Shown piece by piece: positions 38,518 to 48,423 of a DNA stretch of 64,000 nucleotides. The translations under genes and the position numbers were made by a program. Under the pieces are notes generated by a model. It was not told where the DNA came from. It searched no databases and saw nothing but the letters and a program-made list of their open reading frames with translations. Location: assembly GCA_028281605.1 (NCBI GenBank), contig JANQJO010000060.1, forward strand, positions 5 to 64,004, in the 5' to 3' direction. Each line of letters opens with the position of its first letter. Within the stretch, counting starts at the first letter, position 1. The DNA is from Pseudomonadales bacterium. Its GTDB lineage: Bacteria > Pseudomonadota > Gammaproteobacteria > Pseudomonadales > JANQJO01.

Positions 38518-41500
38518 TCACCTAGGGTGACGAAAATCGCATCGCTCATGGCTGTTTTCAGGTACCGGTGTTGTGCGTGCTGGGGCAGTGCGTCCTATCA
38601 GGTAGATCAGTATACCTATTGAGACCGGCCAAAATGAACCCCAGAGGGCATGATCAGAAAATACGTCAGCGGTAAAAAGCTTGGCTTGGGGAATGATATA
38701 CACCGTGCCCATAGCTAACAATACGAGTGTCCCGTAAGCAAAAAAACGTGGATTGATCACTGCTGCCGTAGTCATCATGGTTGTAGTCACAGTGGATTCG
38801 CGACCTGCTCGCTGCATCAAATCGATAAAGCGTAACATCAATAATGTTGTTCCAATTGCTGTGATTGGTAGCAATTGTGTGAACCAGCCCAACTCTGATG
38901 CTGAGTTTTTGAGTGCCGACTTTGCTAGAATGCCGCCGGTGAGAGGTAAGCCGACCATTGCAAGTGCAAGCATTACAATGGTTGACCAAAGCAGCCAGCG
39001 TGTGCTTGAGTTGGGAGATAGCTGAGGTGTGAATCCCACACTTAAAAACAAGGCACTTTTGGTGAGAGCATGATGTACTGCATAAAGTAGCAATGCGGAT
39101 GAGAGGGTTGGCCAAAGTGAGGGCATTAACAATCCTACACCTGTCCCAGCGGCGAGTATGCCCATTTGGCTGATTGTTGAATACGCCAGTAGTGTTTTAG
39201 GGTTGCGTTGTATGATACCGGCAATGACGGCAAGAAAAGTACCGCCTAAGCCCAATGTTATCAAGGTTGCGCCCACTTCAACAAGCCTTACCTCGCCCAG
39301 TGGTAGGAAGCGCCACCAGCCAAGTAACCCAGCTTTGACCATTAAACCACTTAGCAGTGCACTGGCTGGTATGGGGGCTACCGGGTGAGCACGAGGCAGC
39401 CAGAAGTGGGTGGTCAGTAATCCAGCTTTAATACCAAATCCAAACAATAATAACCAGCTGACCCAAAATGGTTGTGCACTTTTGTTAATATCAGCAAGGG
39501 TCCCGCTACCGCCATGGATGTTCAAACCGACAAGTGCAACAAATAACAGTACTTCACCGATCACTACCCATTGCATGTAGGTTTTGCCTGCCTCCATTGC
39601 TTTGACTGTGCCTGAATGAATAATCAAGCCGTAGGCTGCGAAACTCATTAAAGTAAAAAAGGTGATGAAACTAAAAAGGTCTTGCGATACGGTTAAGCCA
39701 AAACTACCGCTCATGCAGAGCAGGAAAAACAGCGTATAACGGAACACATATTTGTCATTTGCCAGATAGTCCCTACCATAGACGCCGGCCAATAACCATA
39801 AAAGTGCAGCCAACAACAGTATGATTTGGGCATTTTGATCGAATAATGTGTTCGATTCGGGCGACATGAATAGGGTCGTCAGTAGTGTGGGCAATGCTGC
39901 CCAGGGGGCACTGCGGATGCATACCCGACGTGTAGTGGGTATTAATAATCCAAGCATTAATAATAAAGGTATCATCACAATCCATTCGAGCTGTGGAAGC
40001 GGCAAGTTCACCGTGACCATTGTACTGACTAATGCCCGGCCATATTCTCTTGCGGTGATCAATTCCACCCAGCTCAGTGGACTGATCGATAGGCTAGCGA
40101 AGAGGCCGGCCGCTAGCATTAGGGCAGTTGTTATCATCGGTGGTAGTAAGAGCATCCAATGTGTTTCCAACGCGTGCTGTCTGCGTGGCCAGGCATCGAT
40201 GGGAGGTTTAAACCAAGCGATATGGAGCATGGGCAAGAAGTAGAGCGCGTTCAGCAAACTGCTTGCAGCGAGAATGAAGAGTACCCAATAAGCTTCGACT
40301 TCTAAGGAACCTGTACCGAGATACCACTTGGAAACAAAGCCTGCCACAGGGGGCAGTCCGATCATACCCAAAGCTGCGATGGTAAACGCTGTCGTGGTGA
40401 GCGGCATGCGCCGTCCAACACCGCTCATGTCACTGACTTTGTGGATGCCTAGCGTTTCTGCAAAATTGCCTGCACAAAAAAACAGGGTGATTTTCATCAC
40501 GCCTTGGTGGACGAGATGCACCATACCACCAATAGTCGCAATCGGTCCAGCAATAGCGGTGCCTAGTGCGATGTAAGAGACTTGACTGACCGTTGAATAG
40601 GCCAAACGTTTTTTAATATCGTTTTGAAACAATGCTCGGATTGAGCCATAGACAATAGTGAAAGCGGCAAGACCCGCCAAGATGGTGGTGAGTCCTAGGT
40701 CGCGTGTGAATTCAATTCCATAAACATCGTATATGACGCGAATAATGCCAAAGGCACCAGCCTTGACCACGGCAACTGCGTGGAGCAGTGCACTGACTGG
40801 CGCTGGTGCCGCCATGGCAATGGGTAACCAGCCGTGCAAGGGTACTAAGGCCGCCTTCACACCAAGCCCTGCGATCAGTAAGGCAAAAATCATTTTAAGA
40901 TGCCCGGGGTCGAGTTGTGGCATTGCCGAGAGTACCCCTGTGGCTGTAAAATCCAAGGGCCCAGTGAGAGCCTTGAGCCACACAACCCCTGCCAGTAAGA
41001 GCATACCACCTATCATCGTGTAAATAAGATAGATACGTCCGGCTCTGAGTGAAGCAGCATTACCTTTGTGTACTACCAATGGATAGGTGGTCAGTGTCAG
41101 CAGTTCATAAAATATGAGAAAAGTAATTAAGTTACCTGCTAGAGCGATTCCCAACGTTGCCGCCACGCACAGACTGAAGAAACCAAAGAAACGGCTACGG
41201 TTTTCTGTACCTTCAAGGTAACCAATGGCGTAGAGAGTGGTTAATAACCAGAGTATGCCAGATAGACTAACAAACAATAGCGATAACGCATCCGCGTGCA
41301 ATACCAAGTCCATCTCTGGCAGTAGTGACAAACGTGTCTCAAAAACTTCACCAGCATAGACGCCACTGATCAATAACCCAATTAAAGCAAGGCATGAGAC
41401 ATTGCCGATGAGGTTGAGGACTCGGCGTTGCCAAAGGCGTTGCTCACCGGTGCAGAAGATCAACAGTCCGGGAATAAAGGCAGAGAGGACAATCAGCATG

Positions 41501-41523
41501 GGTAGCAAGCTGTTGAGATTCAC
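38518..41523 (-). CDS. fused double antiporter-like subunit (two NuoL/M/N-MrpA/D-type modules, about 1000 aa)
   Basis: Two successive proton-conducting-transporter modules (..HLVHQGVMKITLFFCAGN.. and ..THFWLPRAHPVAPIPASALLSG..AYSTISQMG..). The GTG at 41523 overlaps the upstream stop (GTGA). Confidence 0.8.
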   Translation of the reverse strand: MNLNSLLPMLIVLSAFIPGLLIFCTGEQRLWQRRVLNLIGNVSCLALIGLLISGVYAGEVFETRLSLLPEMDLVLHADALSLLFVSLSGILWLLTTLYAIGYLEGTENRSRFFGFFSLCVAATLGIALAGNLITFLIFYELLTLTTYPLVVHKGNAASLRAGRIYLIYTMIGGMLLLAGVVWLKALTGPLDFTATGVLSAMPQLDPGHLKMIFALLIAGLGVKAALVPLHGWLPIAMAAPAPVSALLHAVAVVKAGAFGIIRVIYDVYGIEFTRDLGLTTILAGLAAFTIVYGSIRALFQNDIKKRLAYSTVSQVSYIALGTAIAGPIATIGGMVHLVHQGVMKITLFFCAGNFAETLGIHKVSDMSGVGRRMPLTTTAFTIAALGMIGLPPVAGFVSKWYLGTGSLEVEAYWVLFILAASSLLNALYFLPMLHIAWFKPPIDAWPRRQHALETHWMLLLPPMITTALMLAAGLFASLSISPLSWVELITAREYGRALVSTMVTVNLPLPQLEWIVMIPLLLMLGLLIPTTRRVCIRSAPWAALPTLLTTLFMSPESNTLFDQNAQIILLLAALLWLLAGVYGRDYLANDKYVFRYTLFFLLCMSGSFGLTVSQDLFSFITFFTLMSFAAYGLIIHSGTVKAMEAGKTYMQWVVIGEVLLFVALVGLNIHGGSGTLADINKSAQPFWVSWLLLFGFGIKAGLLTTHFWLPRAHPVAPIPASALLSGLMVKAGLLGWWRFLPLGEVRLVEVGATLITLGLGGTFLAVIAGIIQRNPKTLLAYSTISQMGILAAGTGVGLLMPSLWPTLSSALLLYAVHHALTKSALFLSVGFTPQLSPNSSTRWLLWSTIVMLALAMVGLPLTGGILAKSALKNSASELGWFTQLLPITAIGTTLLMLRFIDLMQRAGRESTVTTTMMTTAAVINPRFFAYGTLVLLAMGTVYIIPQAKLFTADVFSDHALWGSFWPVSIGILIYLIGRTAPARTTPVPENSHERCDFRHPR

Positions 41524-43043
41524 TGTACGCCTCCTGCGTTTGCAAGGTGAAGTTCGATACTGCCTTCGAGCAGATTGAGTATCCACTGGGCATTAAAGCC
41601 TAATAAGATGGCTAACATCGCCAGTGCCAGTCCAGGCATGGCCAGATTGACTTGCAGTGAGTGTCTCTCTGGTACTGTTTTCATAGGCCCTGTACTTTTT
41701 TCTGTGCTTGCTTGACTGAAAGCTATGTTGATCACGCGACCGATATAAGCTGCAGCCAATAGACCACCACCGAGCATGACGACGACCCACCACCATTGCC
41801 CGTTCTCTATAGCTGCATTGAGTAGCAGCCATTTAGCGATAAAGCCACCACTGGGTGGTAAGCCAATCAGGCTGACACCAGCAAGGGCGAAGGTGAGCAA
41901 AGCGAGAGGCTGATAACACACCAGCCCTTGCAGCTTATCAATTTTGTCGTGGCCACAGCTAGCTAAAATATTGCCTGCTGCTAAAAACATGGCTGCTTTG
42001 GCCAATGCATGGGCGATGATAAAGTAGGTCACTGCGGTGACTGCTGCATTGCTTAAGGGGGTTGGTGAGCTGCCGGTCAGTGCCAGTGGAAACAGCATAA
42101 ATAAGTATCCCAATTGTGCGACCGTTGAATAGGCGATCAGCAGCTTTAAGCGTTGCGTGCGAAAAGCAGCGAAAGAGCCCCAGAGAATTGCAGCGGCACC
42201 CAGTACCCCAAGGAAATTTGCAGTGATCCCTGTCACAGTTGGGTTGAGCACATCCAGCCAGAAGCGCATCAGCAGGTAAAAAGATGCCTTAACCACAAGG
42301 GCAGATAAGGCAGCGCTTACAGGCGCGGGTGCATTAGCGTGTGCTGGGGGTAACCAAAAATGTAAGGGGAATAACGCTGTTTTAAGCACTAGACCAACAC
42401 TGATTAAACACAGCGCTGATCCAGTCAGTGGTGAAGCCTGTGTTTGTGTGGCCAGTTGTGCTAGGTCCAGTGTACCATAAGCACGATAGAGTAGTACTAC
42501 GCCTAATAGATAACACAATGAGCCTAACAGCCCTACTAGAGCATAACGCAGGGCGGCGACTAATGCTGTGCGTGTGCCGGTAAGGGCGACTAGAGCAACG
42601 GCGGCTAAGCCAATCATCTCCAGTGCCACATAAATGTTAAAGGCGTCTGCGGCTATAAAGGCAGCGTTGAGCCCCGCCACTAACAGCCACCACAGTGGCC
42701 AGAAACGTGTGCTTGTAGCGACATCTGAAAAATACCAGATGCTGTAAAGGTTAAGGACTAACACCAGCACTGTAGTGGTCAACAGTAGTATTAAAGAAAG
42801 ACCGTCTACTACCAAATCGATACCCAAGGGTGCGCCCCAGCCGCCCAGGGTGTAGCGATAAAGACCGTCAGCATCCGGTATGGCTAATAATAACAGGATG
42901 ACGATCAGCGTCTGTATTGTGGCAAACATTGTGCTGATGCTCGTGCGCCAGCGGTGCGAGTTGATGATCACACTGACTATGGCTGCGAGTAGGGGTAACC
43001 CTACTGTCATTGGCAATAACATCATTATACTAAAGTGAGTCAT
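41520..43043 (-). CDS. mrpD: Mrp/Mnh antiporter subunit D
   Basis: NuoN/MrpD-like protein: FPLHFWLPPAHANAPAPVSA, AYSTVAQLGY. Confidence 0.85.
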   Translation of the reverse strand: MTHFSIMMLLPMTVGLPLLAAIVSVIINSHRWRTSISTMFATIQTLIVILLLLAIPDADGLYRYTLGGWGAPLGIDLVVDGLSLILLLTTTVLVLVLNLYSIWYFSDVATSTRFWPLWWLLVAGLNAAFIAADAFNIYVALEMIGLAAVALVALTGTRTALVAALRYALVGLLGSLCYLLGVVLLYRAYGTLDLAQLATQTQASPLTGSALCLISVGLVLKTALFPLHFWLPPAHANAPAPVSAALSALVVKASFYLLMRFWLDVLNPTVTGITANFLGVLGAAAILWGSFAAFRTQRLKLLIAYSTVAQLGYLFMLFPLALTGSSPTPLSNAAVTAVTYFIIAHALAKAAMFLAAGNILASCGHDKIDKLQGLVCYQPLALLTFALAGVSLIGLPPSGGFIAKWLLLNAAIENGQWWWVVVMLGGGLLAAAYIGRVINIAFSQASTEKSTGPMKTVPERHSLQVNLAMPGLALAMLAILLGFNAQWILNLLEGSIELHLANAGGVQ

Positions 43044-43336
43044 TGTGGTTGGTCTTTTGAGGTTGTATTGTCAAGTTGGTGAATTTGCAGTGCTAGCCAA
43101 AGGCACAGTGCAGTGCCTGCTACGGCCACTACAATACCGGTGAGTACCATCGCGTGAGGTAATGGATCGGTGATTGTGCCGTGACGCGCAGTTGCCAGTA
43201 GCACCATAAATACGCCGATGCCCATAATATTGATTGCAATGAGTTTACGAATAATGTGTGCAGCGGCAATAACACCGAACAAGCCGATGCCAAACAGCAC
43301 GATACCAGCAATACTATAGAGTAGGTCTTGGGTCAT
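43040..43336 (-). CDS. mrpC: Mrp/Mnh antiporter subunit C (NuoK-like)
   Basis: 98-aa protein with 3 TM segments. 4-nt overlaps on both sides. Confidence 0.8.
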   Translation of the reverse strand: MTQDLLYSIAGIVLFGIGLFGVIAAAHIIRKLIAINIMGIGVFMVLLATARHGTITDPLPHAMVLTGIVVAVAGTALCLWLALQIHQLDNTTSKDQPQ

Positions 43337-44091
43337 TGATTGTTACCTTTCATGGTAAACTCTACCATGGCTTTTAATTGAGTGAAGAGCAGCAATAAAG
43401 TGGCAGCAATTGATACGGTGGCCGCGACTTCTATGATCAAAATGAATGAACCGGCATAGGGGGTGGGATACTGTAGCGTTGTGCCTGTTATGATCGCGTT
43501 AGCTGCTGCAACCATAACAAACATCAGCAACCCAAGACTCAATGAGATGCGTACGCTTGCCGTTTGCCAAATAAAACGGTGATGTCCTGCCAAGGACAAC
43601 GCCACACCAGCGCCGGCAACGACGGCGCCTGCTTGGAAGGCTCCACCTGGTGTGTAGGCACCGGTCCACAGCAGGTAGCCACCCATCACTATTGCCAGAG
43701 GGATTAGCCATTTCAGCAGACCGACCAGAACCGGGTTGACTGAATGGGGATGCATGTTGGATAGAAACTGTATTTTGGCTGTTGCAGCAGGTATAGGGAG
43801 TCGGTCTGGCAGTATCGAGACGGCAACGATCAGTAATACCGCGATTTCTAACAAGGTGTCATAGCTGCGAAAATTGAGCAGTACGGCTGTAACGGGATTT
43901 TCCACTCCGCTGAGATTGAGTTTGTTCGTTGCTAGAGTTGCAAGATCAGGCGCTGCTTTCTCCGATCTGATGATGACAAAGGCTAGGGCGGCACTGAGTA
44001 CAGTAATGAGGATTCCCAGTAGGTAGCGAGTAGCAGATGAGAGTCCAGCACTGCTCAGTTTGTGTTCCTGAAATTCTAATTTAAGAAACAT
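43333..44091 (-). CDS. mrpB: Mrp/Mnh antiporter subunit B
   Basis: MnhB-like polytopic protein (NPVTAVLLNFRSYDTLLE). Start is uncertain. Confidence 0.7.
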   Translation of the reverse strand: MFLKLEFQEHKLSSAGLSSATRYLLGILITVLSAALAFVIIRSEKAAPDLATLATNKLNLSGVENPVTAVLLNFRSYDTLLEIAVLLIVAVSILPDRLPIPAATAKIQFLSNMHPHSVNPVLVGLLKWLIPLAIVMGGYLLWTGAYTPGGAFQAGAVVAGAGVALSLAGHHRFIWQTASVRISLSLGLLMFVMVAAANAIITGTTLQYPTPYAGSFILIIEVAATVSIAATLLLLFTQLKAMVEFTMKGNNQ

Positions 44092-44356
44092 GGTTTGTTC
44101 TCTCTGTTTTTGCTGCTGCATCATGCAATTGGCGCCAGGCAACTAAAAGCAGTGCTCCGGTGAGTCCTGCGCCAATAGCTGCTTCAGCAATTGCGACATC
44201 CCAGGCACTCAATCGTGCCCAGGTGATTGTTACCAATAAGCCAAGACTCACATAAAGGACAATAGCGGTGAACATCTCGCGCACTAAAAGTGACAATCCG
44301 GCTAAAGTAATGATTCCACCAGCCAGTACGGCATCTATAGCTATTTCAATGCTCAT
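44081..44356 (-). CDS. small Mrp membrane subunit (DUF4040 / MrpA C-terminal-like)
   Basis: 91-aa protein with 3 TM segments. ATG at 44356 lies after GGAGG. Position is equivalent to MbhD/E-type subunits. Confidence 0.6.
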   Translation of the reverse strand: MSIEIAIDAVLAGGIITLAGLSLLVREMFTAIVLYVSLGLLVTITWARLSAWDVAIAEAAIGAGLTGALLLVAWRQLHDAAAKTERTNHVS

Positions 44357-44669
44357 CTTTACCTCCATGCTGTGTTGGAATATGATTGACACAATGAGTT
44401 AGGCTGTAATTGGCAATGATGAAACTGGCTACGGCACCGGAGATCATGACAAACAGCCAGGTGAGTATCAATTGCAATGCATCAAATCCTGAAGCCGCTT
44501 GTGGCACTAAACCCACGCTGATGAGGCCTAAGCCCAAGTTGTCTGCTTTGGTTAAGGCATGCAGACGGCTAAAAACGTCGGGAAAACGAAGTAACCCTAA
44601 GGTGCCGGCAACAAAGAAAAAAAGTCCCATCAGTGTTGTCGTGATTGTCAATACATCCCATACGTTCAT
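44346..44669 (-). CDS. mrpG: Mrp/Mnh antiporter subunit G
   Basis: 107 aa. GTLGLLRFPDVFSRLHALTKADNLG is a typical MnhG motif. Confidence 0.78.
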   Translation of the reverse strand: MNVWDVLTITTTLMGLFFFVAGTLGLLRFPDVFSRLHALTKADNLGLGLISVGLVPQAASGFDALQLILTWLFVMISGAVASFIIANYSLTHCVNHIPTQHGGKDEH

Positions 44670-44923
44670 GATTTTTTACCCGCAAGTTTTACAAAAGTTA
44701 TTAAGGTCAGTGGTGCCAATAGCGCCAATACCAGAGCAGCATTCAGTAACGCGGCTTGCTGTTGGGCAATAGCCAACAGCATCAGTAACGCAACGCCTGC
44801 AGTGCCAAATAATTGTGCGGCGAGCATGCGATCGGCTGCTGTCGGTCCGCGTATCACGCGTCCGAGACCGGCGAGTAATGCGATGAGCAAGAGCCCAGCA
44901 ACTAGGGTAAGGTATACACTCAT
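44666..44923 (-). CDS. mrpF: Mrp/Mnh antiporter subunit F
   Basis: 85 aa, 3 TM segments. RVIRGPTAADRMLA is a typical MnhF motif. Confidence 0.78.
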   Translation of the reverse strand: MSVYLTLVAGLLLIALLAGLGRVIRGPTAADRMLAAQLFGTAGVALLMLLAIAQQQAALLNAALVLALLAPLTLITFVKLAGKKS

Positions 44924-45519
44924 ATGCTTTCTCCGATTTCTACCTTTGTTGACTCGGGTACGGCGCTGATCAGATTGAGACCAAATAGCGCTGCGACTCG
45001 GGTTTCACATTGCTGTAGAGTGTGATGGTTATCAGCACGAGTGTCCAATGCATGGATTGTCAGAGCGTTATGTTTCCATTCGACGCTTAGAGTACCGGGC
45101 AATAGACTGACAATATTCATAAAGAAAAATTGAGGCCGACCCGGTGGCAGGCTCATGGTGTAGCAGATAAACCCTGAATACAGACGTTTGTTTGGATGCA
45201 GGGCAAATAAAGCACTTTCCCATCCACCTCTTAGAGATTGCTCGAGGAAAAATGGGATGAATTGAAATAATGCGCTTATGCGTACGGATTGATAAGCGTT
45301 ATCTTCTGGTTTGTGTTGCGCTGGAAACAGTCGGATGGCACACCAGGTTGCCAAGGGGACCGCCACCATGCCAATTATCCAGGAGCGTGTATCTCCTTGG
45401 GTCAATAGTGTCCACAACAGAGCGAAGACCAGGGCGCATTTGAGCCACGCGAAAGGGTGCCTATGTGATCGTTGTGATGATGTCGCAGCTTTGCTCTTAT
45501 GTTGGTTTGTTGGTTTCAT
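44920..45519 (-). CDS. mrpE: Mrp/Mnh antiporter subunit E
   Basis: Start re-set to the ATG at 45519, which forms an ATGA overlap with the ATPase stop. MnhE-like size and TM pattern. Confidence 0.7.
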   Translation of the reverse strand: MKPTNQHKSKAATSSQRSHRHPFAWLKCALVFALLWTLLTQGDTRSWIIGMVAVPLATWCAIRLFPAQHKPEDNAYQSVRISALFQFIPFFLEQSLRGGWESALFALHPNKRLYSGFICYTMSLPPGRPQFFFMNIVSLLPGTLSVEWKHNALTIHALDTRADNHHTLQQCETRVAALFGLNLISAVPESTKVEIGESI

Positions 45520-48257
45520 GATTGTGCCTCTGTAGAGGCAGTTAATGAAAAAGTCGTTGCTTTGCGGCCGAAGCGCAAGTATTTTTCTAGCCCGACTGCT
45601 AGAGAAATCAGCATACCGCAAGCCAATATACGCAGCCAGGCATCCAAGCCGATAGGGGCTGTCTGAAACCACTGGTTCATCACTGGTAGATAGGTAAAGG
45701 CTAATTGCAGCAGTGCCATGACGCCGATACCCGACCAAATCCATGGGTTAGTGAATAAACCTATCGTAAACACTGAGCGTTGTAGTGAACGGCAATTCAT
45801 CAGATAAAAAGCTTCACCTACTACAAACATGGCAACGGCTACGGTGCGTGCCTCAACTTCACTGGCACCCCAGAGTAATTCTAGTTCATACAAACCAAAG
45901 GCTGCTAAACAGAGCAGGGACGAGACCAGCAAGATGCGCCACAGTAATATGTGATCGAGTATGGGGGCATTGGGACTATTAGGTGGCCGATGCATAATAT
46001 CAGCTTCCTTAGGTTCGAAGGCCAGCATCAGCCCCAAGCAAATGGCGGTGGTCATATTCACCCATAGGATATGAATGGGCAGCAAGGGCAAGGATATGCC
46101 CAATAGTACTGCTAATAAGATGACTAAGGCTTCTCCGCCATTTGTTGGTAAAGTCCAGACGATAAATTTTTTGAGATTATCAAAAACGCTTCGACCTTCC
46201 TCAACCGCTGCGCGCACAGTTGCAAAGTTATCATCTGTCAGCATCATATCAGAAGCTTCCCGTGCGACTTCGGTGCCATTCATCGCCATGGCGACACCGA
46301 TATCCGCGCGGCGTAAAGCGGGTGCGTCATTGACACCGTCACCGGTCATGGCCACGACTTGTCCTTGGTTTTGTAGTGTCTCGACTAAGGTCAATTTGTT
46401 TTCAGGGGTTACTCTGGCGAAAACTTTATATTGGTCTACTAATTGAGACCACTCTGAGGCTTCAGTTTGAGCAAGCTTTTGCCCAGTTACGGCCGAATTT
46501 TTATCGTTTTCATCGATAATGCCGAGTTGTTTGGCAATACTAGTGGCGGTGAGTGCGTGATCGCCTGTAATCATTTTTACATCAATCCCTGCACGGTGAC
46601 AGGCAGCAACGGCACGCATTGCCTCTGGGCGTGGTGGATCAATCATGGCTTGAAGACCTAAAAATTCGAGATTTTCATTGATAACGCTGTGATCGATTGT
46701 GTTGCTCTTATGCGGGACTGATTTACGTGCGAAAGCCAAGACTCGCAGCCCTCTTGCAGCCATGGATTCTGTGAGTTTTTGTATATTAACAGAGCCTATG
46801 GGTAAGGACTTACCGTCGGTATTTAGCCACGTGCTGCATTTGGGTAAGAGGCTTTCAAGAGAACCTTTTAAGTAGATGAGGTTGTGCTCCTGTCCTTTGT
46901 GCAAGGTTGCCATGTATTGATATTCCGACTGAAAGGGGATTGTATCCAGGTGTTCATCAATCTTATCGGGGTTCAATCCACCTTTGCGTGCGGCGACTAA
47001 TAAAGCGGCCTCTGTAGGATCACCACTAATCCGCCATTGGGGATGTTGAGCATCTGGTGCGTGTAAATTTGCTTCGTTACAAAACAGACCTGCTTGCAGC
47101 GTTGCCCATGCGGCTCGATTTTGGGCAATATCGACTGTGTCAGTACCTTGTTGAATCATACCTTCTGGATTGTAACCATTGCCTGTTACCTTAAGGTGCT
47201 GATTGCCTGCCCAGAGCTCTTTTACGGTCATCTCATTTTTGGTCAAAGTTCCGGTTTTATCGGAGCAGATGATGGTGGTGCTGCCCAGCGTTTCCACTGC
47301 GGGAAGATTTCGAATGATAGCGCGACGTTTAGCCATGCGCGACACACCGATGGCCAACATAATAGTAACCGCTGCTGGTAGGCCTTCAGGTATTGCGCCC
47401 ACTGCCAGTGCTACTGCGGCCATGAAGGCTTCTAAAGCCGGTTTGCCGTGCAACCAGCCAACAATCAAGGTGATTGTTGATAAAGCAACGATGGCGTAAA
47501 GTAAGAAATGGCTGAATTGTTTAATACGCTTAGTCAACGGCGTATCCAAGGTCTGTGTGGTGGCGATCAAGTTGGAGATTTTGCCTATTTCGGTATCATC
47601 GCCTGTAGCCGTGACCAACCCGAAGCCGCTGCCGTAGGTCACTAACGTGGAGGAGTAAGCCATATTATGCCGATCCCCCAAAACACTGTCTTGGGCTAGG
47701 GTGAGCGTATCTTTTTCGCTGGGTACTGATTCTCCGGTCAGGGCCGATTCGTCGATCTGTAAATCACGAACCTTAATCAAACGCATGTCGGCGCAAACTT
47801 TGTCTCCAGTTTGTAGGACCACCAAGTCTCCAGGTACTAGATCCTCAGCAGTGATGGTATTGCGTTTACCTGCCCGGATGACTGTCACGGTAGTGTGTAA
47901 ACTACCAGATAATGCGCTGATAGCCTGTAAGGCTTTAGCTTCCTGGATAAAACCGATAATGGCGTTGGCGATTACTACGGTAAAAATCACGGCTGCATCG
48001 ACCCATTCTTGAAGGGCTAATGTGACGCCGGTAGCGGCCAGTAAAATGTAAACTAGAGGTTGATGAAATTGCAACAAAAATCGCTTGATGGGTCCATCAC
48101 CTTGATGTTCGGTCAATTTGTTAGGTCCATAGTGTGCCTGCCGCTCTGAAAATTCGCTGGCTGAAAGGCCTTCTGTGAGATTTGCTTTGAGTCTTGCAGC
48201 CACTGCATCAACAGATTGGCTGTGCCAGGAATCAGTATGTTGCATTAGTTTCTCCAA
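45516..48257 (-). CDS. cation-transporting P-type ATPase (type II, Ca2+/Na+-like)
   Basis: ICSDKTGTLT phosphorylation site, TGES, MITGDH, TGDGVNDAPAL, about 10 TM segments. Confidence 0.92.
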   Translation of the reverse strand: MEKLMQHTDSWHSQSVDAVAARLKANLTEGLSASEFSERQAHYGPNKLTEHQGDGPIKRFLLQFHQPLVYILLAATGVTLALQEWVDAAVIFTVVIANAIIGFIQEAKALQAISALSGSLHTTVTVIRAGKRNTITAEDLVPGDLVVLQTGDKVCADMRLIKVRDLQIDESALTGESVPSEKDTLTLAQDSVLGDRHNMAYSSTLVTYGSGFGLVTATGDDTEIGKISNLIATTQTLDTPLTKRIKQFSHFLLYAIVALSTITLIVGWLHGKPALEAFMAAVALAVGAIPEGLPAAVTIMLAIGVSRMAKRRAIIRNLPAVETLGSTTIICSDKTGTLTKNEMTVKELWAGNQHLKVTGNGYNPEGMIQQGTDTVDIAQNRAAWATLQAGLFCNEANLHAPDAQHPQWRISGDPTEAALLVAARKGGLNPDKIDEHLDTIPFQSEYQYMATLHKGQEHNLIYLKGSLESLLPKCSTWLNTDGKSLPIGSVNIQKLTESMAARGLRVLAFARKSVPHKSNTIDHSVINENLEFLGLQAMIDPPRPEAMRAVAACHRAGIDVKMITGDHALTATSIAKQLGIIDENDKNSAVTGQKLAQTEASEWSQLVDQYKVFARVTPENKLTLVETLQNQGQVVAMTGDGVNDAPALRRADIGVAMAMNGTEVAREASDMMLTDDNFATVRAAVEEGRSVFDNLKKFIVWTLPTNGGEALVILLAVLLGISLPLLPIHILWVNMTTAICLGLMLAFEPKEADIMHRPPNSPNAPILDHILLWRILLVSSLLCLAAFGLYELELLWGASEVEARTVAVAMFVVGEAFYLMNCRSLQRSVFTIGLFTNPWIWSGIGVMALLQLAFTYLPVMNQWFQTAPIGLDAWLRILACGMLISLAVGLEKYLRFGRKATTFSLTASTEAQS

Positions 48258-48423
48258 GTGTCGTTTTCTCTTGCTTTGGGTATAAAGTTGCTTGTTTAAC
48301 CACTAATTAAAGATAATAGAGATTATGACAGACAATAAAAGTCGAATATTATTGAGCAAATGATCGTTTTATTCGATCTGTTGAGTTGGCTTGAAAAATA
48401 TAGAGCATGCCCATAAATAAGCA

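Noticed and set aside
38666-47499. Many 60-150-aa ORFs antisense to or overlapping the Mrp and ATPase genes (for example 38666-39115, 39848-40243, 40733-41023, 47203-47499)
   Set aside because: They are nested within long, motif-rich membrane-protein genes on the other strand. Their Arg/Ser/Pro-rich low-complexity translations suggest shadow ORFs.
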